Source: a virus (taxonomy: Duplodnaviria; Caudoviricetes). Taken from it: DNA of 57,195 nucleotides. The stretch covers positions 1 to 57,195 of the IMG/VR virus record IMGVR_UViG_3300021560_000003. One strand, written 5' to 3'. Shown here piece by piece: positions 36,427-44,118 of the stretch. Positions within the stretch are counted from its first letter, which is position 1. Every line of letters starts with the position of its first letter. The notes under the pieces are model-generated. The model was not told the origin of the DNA. It saw only the letters and a program-made list of their open reading frames with translations, and did not search any database. A program made the position numbers and the translations under genes.

Positions 36427-36701
36427 TCGAGCAGCGACCAGTCGAGTTTTTTGGCGGCGGCGGCGCCCGGCGGCGGCGTCTTGCGCGGTTTGAGCCCGAG
36501 ATAGGCGGCCGCAAGGGTTTCAAGCCGCGGGTGGTCGGCCCAATAGCGCAACTGCGCGGCATACATCGGCAAATTCCAGCGCTGCCAGATTGCCGCCGGC
36601 GAGCCGCCCTCCATGCCGCCGGCGGCTAGCTCGGCGACGATATAGTCCCAATCGCCGTCGAAGGGCTCGGAACCCCCGTCGCCGGGGGCCCCTCGTTTCC
36701 C
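36423..36701 (-). CDS. Tail assembly chaperone GT extension (-1 frameshift frame)
   Basis: G-GGA-AAC slippery site at 36701-36695; -1 frame open into MEGGSPAAIW...YWADHP. Confidence 0.8.
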   Translation of the reverse strand, partial: GKRGAPGDGGSEPFDGDWDYIVAELAAGGMEGGSPAAIWQRWNLPMYAAQLRYWADHPRLETLAAAYLGLKPRKTPPPGAAAAKKLDWSLLD

Positions 36702-37045
36702 GCGTCGGGCTCACCGGTTCGGCGCACCAGGCCGGAGCAGATCAGGAGCTCATCGATCCCGAGCACGACGCCGCGGCGCTCGTCCTCGGCGACCGGCGCG
36801 CCGGTTGCCGGGTCGAAGCGCGCGACGCGCAGGCGCTTTTCGAGCTCGGGCAGGGTGAGCTCGGGGCGGCTTTCGATCAGGATCGCGGCGATGACCGCGA
36901 GCGAGGCGGCGGCCTGGCCGACCGAGTCGCCGGCGAGTTCGCGCGCCTGGATTGCCGGCCAGGCGCGCTTCAAGGTCGCGAAATTGAGGATCAGCGGCAG
37001 CGCGATCTCCTCGCCGCCGACCGAGACGGAGATGGTTTCAGCCAT
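36626..37045 (-). CDS. Tail assembly chaperone G
   Basis: Between tail tube and TMP; contains the slippery heptamer. Confidence 0.8.
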   Translation of the reverse strand: MAETISVSVGGEEIALPLILNFATLKRAWPAIQARELAGDSVGQAAASLAVIAAILIESRPELTLPELEKRLRVARFDPATGAPVAEDERRGVVLGIDELLICSGLVRRTGEPDAGNEGPPATGVPSPSTAIGTISSPS

Positions 37046-37160
37046 AGGGGTGAGAAACCCGCTGGGGGGCCGCTAGGGCGCGGCAAGGGGAGGGCGCGGC
37101 CACAGCCGCCCGAGTCGCTTGAGGCTATCGGGCGGCCGCCGGGCGCGAAAGCAGGGGGGC

Positions 37161-37946
37161 TTAAAGGTCGGTGTCGATCTCGCCGATCGAGCCGCCGATG
37201 TCCTGGGCGATTTCGAACTCGAAATCCGCCATTTCCCAATCGTCGAGCTTGGTGGTGAATTTGAGGTTCGTCGCCATGCAGCGCGGGAAGGTCCACAGCG
37301 CCGAGCGCCCGTCATACGCCATGTTGACGACCGCCGAGAAAATCGGCTGGGTGCCCATCAAAGGGTTGCCAAAGGTCATGCGCGTGCCGCTGGTGGCGTC
37401 GGTCCAGGTGTAGGAGACGTAAACGTCGACCAGGCCGGTCGTCGGGTTCTGGTCGGCCGCGGTGAACGGGCTCACAAAGGTATAGGCGCCGGCGGCGGCG
37501 GTGTAATCGCCGGTCGCGCCCGGCACCGTCGGGTCGAAACCAACCAAGGGCCGACCCGACCATTTCACATAAACCCCGGCGTCGGCGACAAAACTCGCGG
37601 CGTTGGCGACGGTCGCGGCGCCGGCGACGCCAGTCACGAGCTCGTTATCGGCAAACCGGATGCGGCTGCCGGTCGTCAGCGAGGTCGAGGTGTCAGTGCT
37701 GTTGAAAAACAGGTCAAACAGCAGGCGGCCGCGGAATCCCGCATACTTGGCCGTGATTTTTGGCGTCGTCTTGCCGGCAGCGAGCGCGATCGGGTAGCGC
37801 TTCTGTCCAAAGAGGGGTTTGGCGTCGGTTTTGAAGTCGGGCGAGCACTCCTGCAGTACCCCAAAGCGGATTGGCGTCGCACCACCGATCGCGGTCGCGA
37901 CGAGCACGCCAGCGCCAAAACCTAGCTGGTCGGCGAATGCGGACAT
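37161..37946 (-). CDS. Major tail tube protein
   Basis: FGAG.L, FG.LQE.S.DF....K.LFGQ..YP; AGGAG RBS; position. Confidence 0.8.
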   Translation of the reverse strand: MSAFADQLGFGAGVLVATAIGGATPIRFGVLQECSPDFKTDAKPLFGQKRYPIALAAGKTTPKITAKYAGFRGRLLFDLFFNSTDTSTSLTTGSRIRFADNELVTGVAGAATVANAASFVADAGVYVKWSGRPLVGFDPTVPGATGDYTAAAGAYTFVSPFTAADQNPTTGLVDVYVSYTWTDATSGTRMTFGNPLMGTQPIFSAVVNMAYDGRSALWTFPRCMATNLKFTTKLDDWEMADFEFEIAQDIGGSIGEIDTDL

Positions 37947-37969
37947 GGGTCAACTCTCCTGGAATGAGA

Positions 37970-38671
37970 TCATGGAATGGCGGCGCCGGGCGGGCTGGTG
38001 CCCGGCAGGAAAATTCTGATCGGCACGATCGCCTTGGCCTGGCCGTCGAGATCGCCGGGGTCGACGGTATATTTGCCGGCCACATAGCAGTCGCGGACGA
38101 GGCCGCCGAGCGTGTTCGCGGTGCCGTAGGGCCGCGGTCGCAGCACCGCCTCGACGATATCGATCAGCGCGTCGACCGCGTCCTCGGGGATGCCGTCGGC
38201 GCCGGCGACCGAGTAGAGCACGACATCGGCGTCGAGATAGATTTCCGGCGGCAGCCCGCCGGTCGTCGTGAACGTCGCCGCGCTGGTCTTGCCGCGATAG
38301 AGATAGTCGCCGCCGATGTGGCGCAGGAACAGCGCCGGCAAGGCGGTCACTTGCGGCCACGGTTTGAGGCGGCGCCCGACAGTCTGAAACCCGCCGAAGA
38401 TCGGGATGCCGGCGTTGGCCGCGGTGGCCGGGGTGTCCATTGTCGCGTTGCCGCTCGCCGGATCGACGCTGGCGATCTCGGTGCCGGCGGCGATGCCGGG
38501 GCCGAACAGCGGCAGGCCGCGGCGCAGATTGGCAAACGAGCTCACCCCATAGAGCGTCGGGTCGCCGGCGAGCGTCGCGGCGGTAAAGCTCGCGTTGCAG
38601 CCGGAAACGAGCAGATCGAACAGCGCGGTCAGGATCGCGCGGCGGTCGAGCGGCGGTGAGTAATCAACCAC
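37970..38671 (-). CDS. Tail terminator-like protein with inserted beta domain
   Basis: R.AIL.ALF, RRLKPW.QV..LPALF, TLGGLV..C.V.G, DPGDLDGQA.A.VPI.I; insert GL.LFGPGI.AGT.I.SV. Confidence 0.7.
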   Translation of the reverse strand: MVDYSPPLDRRAILTALFDLLVSGCNASFTAATLAGDPTLYGVSSFANLRRGLPLFGPGIAAGTEIASVDPASGNATMDTPATAANAGIPIFGGFQTVGRRLKPWPQVTALPALFLRHIGGDYLYRGKTSAATFTTTGGLPPEIYLDADVVLYSVAGADGIPEDAVDALIDIVEAVLRPRPYGTANTLGGLVRDCYVAGKYTVDPGDLDGQAKAIVPIRIFLPGTSPPGAAIP

Positions 38672-39026
38672 GCGGCCGCACCATTGTCGGGCCTACGACG
38701 AGCGTGTAGCCCGTGCCCCAAATCGTATCGACCGCGAACGGCGGCGCGATCGGCGCCAGCGCTTTGCGCAATTTGCAGATGTGCACGTCGAGTGTCTTGT
38801 CGCCTGGCGGATCCAGCTCATTGCCCCAGAGCAACTGGCACAGGCTATCCTTGGTCACGAGTTTGCCGCGCCGCCGCCATAGGATTTTGACGAGTTCCCA
38901 TTGCGTGCCGGTCAGGCGGCACCAGGCGCCGGCGGCGCCGTGCACCACCCGGCGATCCTCGTCAAACAGCGGCGCCGGCAACCCTTCGTCCTCAAGCCGC
39001 GCGCCGCATTGCTCGCAGAACGCCAA
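38664..39026 (-). CDS. OmpR/PhoB winged-helix domain only, CtrA-like, with N-terminal CxxC
   Basis: LTGTQWELVKILWRRRGKLVTKDSLCQLLWG..DPPGDKTLDVHICKLRKAL...VDTIWGTGY; no receiver domain; TTG start 2 nt after upstream stop. Confidence 0.85.
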   Translation of the reverse strand: MAFCEQCGARLEDEGLPAPLFDEDRRVVHGAAGAWCRLTGTQWELVKILWRRRGKLVTKDSLCQLLWGNELDPPGDKTLDVHICKLRKALAPIAPPFAVDTIWGTGYTLVVGPTMVRPRG

Positions 39027-39028
39027 TT

Positions 39029-39250
39029 TTACCCGGCCCCCGCCGGCGGCCGGCCTTTGCCGCGGGCGATTAGCGCGATTTCGACGATCGTCCGCTTTTC
39101 GGCAGTACTGCCGGGCGCCAGGTAGCAGAACGCGTGGTGCGGCGCGCAATAGGCCGAGCCGGGCTTTTGCGGCGCGCCGCAGAGATCGCCGCCGTCGAGA
39201 ATATAGCGGCAGCGCGCGTCGTCGATCGGCGCGTCGTCGATCGGGGTCAT
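39029..39250 (-). CDS. GcrA C-terminal-domain-like protein
   Basis: CRYILDGGDLCGAPQKPGSAYCAPHHAFCY matches the recalled GcrA CRWP...FCG.p...G.pYC..H...aY; ATGA-coupled. Confidence 0.8.
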   Translation of the reverse strand: MTPIDDAPIDDARCRYILDGGDLCGAPQKPGSAYCAPHHAFCYLAPGSTAEKRTIVEIALIARGKGRPPAGAG

Positions 39251-39732
39251 TCCATCGCCTCGCCGAGCGCGGCGCGCAGCTCCTCGATGATCTCGCCGCG
39301 CATCTCGTCGAGCGGCCCGCGCAGGTAGCGGCGCTCGGCGATATCGAGCCGGCGCGAATAGGCGCGAACAAAGACCTCGCGCGGCGCCACCAGGCGCCCC
39401 CAAAAATGCGAAAGGCTTTGGCTGTGCGCGGTCACCCGGGCGCTGCCGTGCGCGCCGTATTCGAGCGCCGCGCCCTTGCCGTGCTCGCTGCTGCCTCGAG
39501 CGACGACCTTGACGCGGCCGACGACGCGATCGGCGCGCTGATCGACAAAGGGCTCGGTTTCGCCCTTGAGGCGCCCGGTGCGCTCGGGCTCGGCGCCCTC
39601 GACCCGGCCATAGAGCTCGGCTGTCAGCGCCGCGATGCGGGCCTGGAGCGCGGCGCGCGCGCGCTCGGGGAATTGCTCGAAGCGCAGCGCGACGCGCCGC
39701 TCGCCGTCGATCTCGATGCCGAATTCGGGCAT
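39247..39732 (-). CDS. HK97 gp10-like tail completion protein
   Basis: P.RTGRL, ALEYG, ERRYLRGPLDEM. Confidence 0.8.
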   Translation of the reverse strand: MPEFGIEIDGERRVALRFEQFPERARAALQARIAALTAELYGRVEGAEPERTGRLKGETEPFVDQRADRVVGRVKVVARGSSEHGKGAALEYGAHGSARVTAHSQSLSHFWGRLVAPREVFVRAYSRRLDIAERRYLRGPLDEMRGEIIEELRAALGEAME

Positions 39733-39745
39733 CAGCCAAATCCCA

Positions 39746-40426
39746 TCAGGCGACCGTCGCGGCGCGGTAGGTATCGAGCACCGCCTGGACATCGGCCGGC
39801 ATCGGCCCCATCAGTTTGGGGTTGCCGACATACCATCTGCTGGTTCCGAGGCCGGGCTGCTCGAGCTCGGTCAACACCGGGTCGCGGCCGCGCACAAACC
39901 AGCGGTTTGTGACGAGCCGCAGCGCCGCGTCGATGATATCGGCCGGGATCTCGTTATAGCCGCCGTCGTAGGCGACGATGACCGGCAGCGCCTCCCACAC
40001 CGTGCCGACGCCGGTAAACGGGTTTAGCCGGATCAGCTGGCCGGCGTCGAAATCGACGGCATAGTCCTGGCCGGCCTGCAGCGGCTGCGTCGCGCCGGAA
40101 AGCCCGCCCCCCGCGATCCGCTGCATGACCGAGCTGATATCGACGACCGGCCAGCGCGAAAGCTGCAGCGGCGCGACCCCGCCGGGCGTCTGGTACGGGT
40201 AGGGGTCCTGCTGGATATAGATCGTCTCGCGCACGCTCTCGACCGCAAACGGCCGCTTCACATAAGACTGCATGACCGCGCTGACCTGGGTGATCGCCCG
40301 CGCGAGAAAGCCGTCTTGCGTTTCGTCGGCCGGGTCGAGCTTGAGCTCGTCCTTGACCGTATCGAGGTCGACCAAATCGTAGCTGAAGGCGGCCGAGAGC
40401 ACCTCGACGATCGCCTGCGCCGCCAT
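39746..40426 (-). CDS. Head-tail adaptor (gp6-like)
   Basis: LVDLDTVK.EL...D.FL..AI, LSRWPV, Y.GGY..IPADI..A.L.LV. Confidence 0.85.
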   Translation of the reverse strand: MAAQAIVEVLSAAFSYDLVDLDTVKDELKLDPADETQDGFLARAITQVSAVMQSYVKRPFAVESVRETIYIQQDPYPYQTPGGVAPLQLSRWPVVDISSVMQRIAGGGLSGATQPLQAGQDYAVDFDAGQLIRLNPFTGVGTVWEALPVIVAYDGGYNEIPADIIDAALRLVTNRWFVRGRDPVLTELEQPGLGTSRWYVGNPKLMGPMPADVQAVLDTYRAATVA

Positions 40427-40439
40427 CGGCTACCTCCGG

Positions 40440-40721
40440 TCAGGCAGCCGGCGGCGCGAGGACCTGGATTTGAAACCAGGCCTCTTCCTCGAACGGCACC
40501 GAGACGCCATTAGCGCGGACCTCGACGCTGTAAAACCCGGCCAGCAGCGGCGCCATTGTCGCGAGGACCGGCCCCGCGATCGCGCGGAAAGCCCCGGGCG
40601 CGTTGAGTACTGTCCAGGTGCAATGCACCGGCTGCTGGTCGACCGACCAGGCCGACATCGCGCCGACCGTCGTGTTTGCCGGCGCGCCGGCCGCGACCGT
40701 CGCTTTATCCAGGCTCAGCAT
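40440..40721 (-). CDS. Single cadherin/Ig-like domain protein
   Basis: LSLDKATVAAGAPANTTVGAM...F.I...L.T...YSVEVRA...F.IQV. Confidence 0.6.
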   Translation of the reverse strand: MLSLDKATVAAGAPANTTVGAMSAWSVDQQPVHCTWTVLNAPGAFRAIAGPVLATMAPLLAGFYSVEVRANGVSVPFEEEAWFQIQVLAPPAA

Positions 40722-40733
40722 GGGTTGCCCGGC

Positions 40734-41135
40734 CTAGATGTTTTCGAGGACGCGGATCCGCACCGCCGCCGCGGTGATCGTGTTGCTATTGCTCAGGAAC
40801 AGCTTGGTCACATCGGCGGTGAACGGCTTCGCCATCGGGCTGTCGGTGTTCCAGACCACCTGCTTTTTAGCGGTCAGGTTGACGGTGTTGCCCGGGCTGC
40901 CGGTCGAGTTGGTTTTGACGACGATATTCTGGTCGGAATAGAGCACCATCGACTGGATCTTGGCGACGGTGATCTGCAGGTCGTATTCGCTGTTGACCGC
41001 CCCGGCCGCGAGCGCGGTGGCGCCGCCGAGGTCGAGATCATTCTCGGCGTCGCCGATGTAGGTGTCCGTGGTGCTGGTGATCGTGCCGGCGTCGGTCTTG
41101 TAGGTGACGCCAAGCGTGTGTGTGAAACCCGCCAT
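40734..41135 (-). CDS. Hypothetical virion protein (paralog of 41165-41548)
   Basis: GAGGAG RBS; Thr-rich beta protein. Confidence 0.7.
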   Translation of the reverse strand: MAGFTHTLGVTYKTDAGTITSTTDTYIGDAENDLDLGGATALAAGAVNSEYDLQITVAKIQSMVLYSDQNIVVKTNSTGSPGNTVNLTAKKQVVWNTDSPMAKPFTADVTKLFLSNSNTITAAAVRIRVLENI

Positions 41136-41164
41136 GACGCGGCTCCTCTAAGCTCAGTGAAAAA

Positions 41165-41548
41165 TCAGGTGGCCGACATCAGGAACGAGGCGCGAAAAAC
41201 CGTGTCCTTCGTGTCGCTGTTGGTGACATTGATCGTCGATATCGTTTGCGTGATCGGGTTCGTGACGGTGCCCATCGTCGTATTGTTCCACCCCAGCGCC
41301 TTGGCGGTGGCCAGGTCGAAAGTCTGGCCGGTGTTGACGCTGCAGGCGGCCTGCGTCGAATGGAAAACCCACGAGAGAATCTTGGTGTGGTCGATCGAGC
41401 CGGAAAACACCTCGCGGGTCGCGCCGGCCAGCACGGTCTCGTCGATGTCGACCGAATAATCGCCGGTGATCGTCGTCGCCTGGTCGGCCGGCAGCGCCGG
41501 CAAGCCGGAGGGCTTAACGGTCAGAGTCCAGCCATGCGTAGCAGCCAT
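41165..41548 (-). CDS. Hypothetical virion protein (paralog of 40734-41135)
   Basis: AAGGAAGGA RBS; Thr-rich beta protein. Confidence 0.7.
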   Translation of the reverse strand: MAATHGWTLTVKPSGLPALPADQATTITGDYSVDIDETVLAGATREVFSGSIDHTKILSWVFHSTQAACSVNTGQTFDLATAKALGWNNTTMGTVTNPITQTISTINVTNSDTKDTVFRASFLMSAT

Positions 41549-41571
41549 CGTTTTTTCCTTCCTTCAGGGAC

Positions 41572-41595
41572 AAAAAAAGCCCCCGGAGGGGGGCT
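41572..41595 (-). terminator. Intrinsic terminator after the head-decoration block
   Basis: AGCCCCC-4-GGGGGCT stem plus T-run on the minus strand. Confidence 0.75.
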
Positions 41596-41628
41596 GAGAA
41601 AAATCGTTGCGGCGCCCGCCGCGCTAGG

Positions 41629-42288
41629 TCATCCCCACGGCGAGAACCCCGTCAGCGTGCTGTCGGAAACGACCGTGCTCACGTCCAGGGTCATAGCGTC
41701 CCCAGAGGTCAGCAACGACGCCGCCGGCAGCAGCGCCGTGCCCGGGGTCACGGTGAGTGAAAATCCTCCCGAGCCGGTGGCTGGGCTGCCGCCCGCAGAG
41801 CCGTTCCAGTTCCACTGGGTGTCCAGGGACCCGGCGGCGGTCATGCCGGTGAACCAGATCTTGCCGTTGTCGGCGTCATAGGCGCAGACGGTCCAGTCGC
41901 CGCTCGCGACGGCGTGAGTCCACCGGGCGTTCACCGCCAAGACTGTGCCGTTGTTCTGAATTGCAGAGGTAGTGTTCACCCCAGTGACTTGCGCGTAGGA
42001 GATCCAGCCGTTGGCGTCGCTCGCGCCGACGTAGCTGCTCGTCGGCTCGGTCTTGGTGCAGATCGCGCCGGTTATGTAGCTGCTGTTTCCTACCGTGCCC
42101 GAGACCCGGAAGTACCACTTGCCGGAGGTCTTGCCGGTCCCGGTGCCAATGACGGACTTCCAGCCGGCCCCGCTGATGGTTGCGATCAGATTGCCGCCAG
42201 AGAGCGCGATCGCGGCGTCCTTGTTTGCCGGGTCCCAGGTCGTGGGCGGCGTTGCCGGCTTGAGCGCCAGCGCCGGGACCAGGATCAT
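41629..42288 (-). CDS. SPRY/B30.2-like lectin-fold virion protein
   Basis: TWDPANK...LSGGNL.AT, SGKWYF.V, AYDADNGKIWF. Confidence 0.8.
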   Translation of the reverse strand: MILVPALALKPATPPTTWDPANKDAAIALSGGNLIATISGAGWKSVIGTGTGKTSGKWYFRVSGTVGNSSYITGAICTKTEPTSSYVGASDANGWISYAQVTGVNTTSAIQNNGTVLAVNARWTHAVASGDWTVCAYDADNGKIWFTGMTAAGSLDTQWNWNGSAGGSPATGSGGFSLTVTPGTALLPAASLLTSGDAMTLDVSTVVSDSTLTGFSPWG

Positions 42289-43319
42289 GCCGCCGTGTCG
42301 CCGGCGATGACGAAGTGATCGGTCGCATCGGAGGTCACCGAGATCGCGCCGTTCTGCCCGGCGATGCTGAGCTGCGACTGGCGGTTGACGACCGTGCTCG
42401 TGCCGTCGCCCTGTGTCGTCACCTTCCCGGTGCCCATCTGCAGCAGCAGGCACGCAAAGCCCGCCGCCACGGTGGCGTGCGGAATCGTGACGGTGACCGC
42501 AGAGCTGCTGGTGTATCGGACGATGCCGCCATTGTCCGCGGCGGCCAGCGTGTCCGTGGTTCCCGACACCGAGCGCACAGGAGCCACCGGCAGGCGCGCC
42601 GCATCCAGCGTGCCCGAGGAGATGTTGCTCGCGTTTGTCGTGTCCGTCGTGGCCGAAGCCGCCAAGCCCGAGACATCGCTCGCCGCCGGCTGCCCATAAG
42701 TTACAACGCCACTGGTGTTGATCCCGGTGGCAAATTGATGCGAGCCCGCCGCGCTGCTTTTGACGCCGCCCAGAGTGGACGCGCCAGGAGCCGGTAAACG
42801 CGCGGCCCCGAGCGTGCCGCTGCTGATGTTTGTCGCATTGGTCGTGTCGGTCGTTGCCGATGCAGCCAGACCAGAGACATCTGCGGCGGCGGGTTGCGCA
42901 AAAGTCGGGTTGCCGCTCGTGTCGATGCCGGTCTGGAACTGGTGACTTCCTGCCGATGCGCTTTTGACGCCACCGAGCGTCGATGCGCCAGGAGCAGGCA
43001 GCCGCGCTGCCGGCAGGGTTCCGCTCGAAATATTCGCCGCGTTGGTCGTATCTGTCGTCGCGCTGGCTGCCGGCGACGAGCCGTTGATCTTGACGACCGT
43101 CGCGGCTTGCGGTCCCGTCCCAGGCCCCGCGGTGACGTCGCCGGTCAGCTGCGTGATGCCGCTGCCGCCGCCACCCACCTTAAAGGTGCCATCGCCCGCG
43201 AGCACCATTGTCCCGTCGCCGCTCTCGCCGAGAATGGCCTCGCGCAGCGAAACATCGATGGACACTCCGAGCCTGGCGCCCTCGGCACTGGTCGAGAACT
43301 TGGTGTCCAGGTCAGCCAT
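42285..43319 (-). CDS. Head fibre-like protein with 60-aa tandem repeats
   Basis: AASATTDTTNA.NISSGTL.AARLP x3; GITQLTGDVTAGPG. Confidence 0.75.
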   Translation of the reverse strand: MADLDTKFSTSAEGARLGVSIDVSLREAILGESGDGTMVLAGDGTFKVGGGGSGITQLTGDVTAGPGTGPQAATVVKINGSSPAASATTDTTNAANISSGTLPAARLPAPGASTLGGVKSASAGSHQFQTGIDTSGNPTFAQPAAADVSGLAASATTDTTNATNISSGTLGAARLPAPGASTLGGVKSSAAGSHQFATGINTSGVVTYGQPAASDVSGLAASATTDTTNASNISSGTLDAARLPVAPVRSVSGTTDTLAAADNGGIVRYTSSSAVTVTIPHATVAAGFACLLLQMGTGKVTTQGDGTSTVVNRQSQLSIAGQNGAISVTSDATDHFVIAGDTAA

Positions 43320-43733
43320 TTAGGTGACCTGGTCGCTGCAGATATCGATGCGCAAGCTCGTCGAGCCGGCATAGGTGCCGGTTGAGGCGTATTTGACCCG
43401 CAGTTGCGAGCCGAGAATGCCGTCGACCGCGCTGTTGGCCGAGAGCGCGCCGTCGCTCGGCGTCGCGATCGAGGTCACCGGCGTCGCCGCGCTCAAATTG
43501 AAGATCCGGCGCGCGCTCGAGGTCGTGAAATGGAAATTGGCGATGTCGGTCCACGTCAGACCGCCGTCGAGCGAAGTCTGCACATAGGCGTCGGCCGTCG
43601 TGCCGCCCGAGCCATAGGTGAAAGTCGCCTGGATCGCGAGGTTGCGCGGCGCGCCGGTGAGCGGCAGCACCGGGCCGGCGGTCGCGGTGACCGCCGCGGT
43701 GATCGTCAGCGGCTGCAGCAATGCGGCCATCAA
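43320..43733 (-). CDS. Capsid decoration/spike-base-like protein
   Basis: QTSLDGG.TW.DIA...LRVKY; precedes the fibre gene. Confidence 0.6.
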   Translation of the reverse strand: MMAALLQPLTITAAVTATAGPVLPLTGAPRNLAIQATFTYGSGGTTADAYVQTSLDGGLTWTDIANFHFTTSSARRIFNLSAATPVTSIATPSDGALSANSAVDGILGSQLRVKYASTGTYAGSTSLRIDICSDQVT

Positions 43734-43951
43734 ATATCCCTTTTGCGATAATGCCGGTGCGGCCGGGTAGGCGGCGGATCCTCGGACGCGACGCCAGCCC
43801 CGGCGGCGGTTAGGCCGTCATAGGGGCTGGGGCGGACCTCGCCGTTCCCGGCCGCGACCTGTTGCGCGGCGAGCTCGTCGGGCAGCACCCGCTCGTCGCC
43901 GCAGCGAATCCCCTCGCCGGCGAGGTCGCGCGTGAATCGGATCAGTTTCAT
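43730..43951 (-). CDS. Small head-module hypothetical protein
   Basis: MKLIRFTRD......GD...LPD.LA...VA.G. Confidence 0.6.
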   Translation of the reverse strand: MKLIRFTRDLAGEGIRCGDERVLPDELAAQQVAAGNGEVRPSPYDGLTAAGAGVASEDPPPTRPHRHYRKRDI

Positions 43952-43953
43952 TT

Positions 43954-44118
43954 TCAGAAGAGTCCAGAGCCCCAAAAGAGCCAGGCGGCGAACACCGCCG
44001 TCAGCAGCGCGCTATAGGCACATTCGCCGGCAGATTTCGCGCGCATCCCGCCGGTCGCCGCGGCGCTGAGATGCCCGATCGTCCCCAGGACGAGGAGCGC
44101 CAGCCAAACCCAGCGCAT
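43954..44118 (-). CDS. Small two-TM protein
   Basis: Manual translation MRWVWLALLVLGTIG...ALLTAVFAAWLFWGSGLF; abuts the GT stop. Confidence 0.5.
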   Translation of the reverse strand: MRWVWLALLVLGTIGHLSAAATGGMRAKSAGECAYSALLTAVFAAWLFWGSGLF

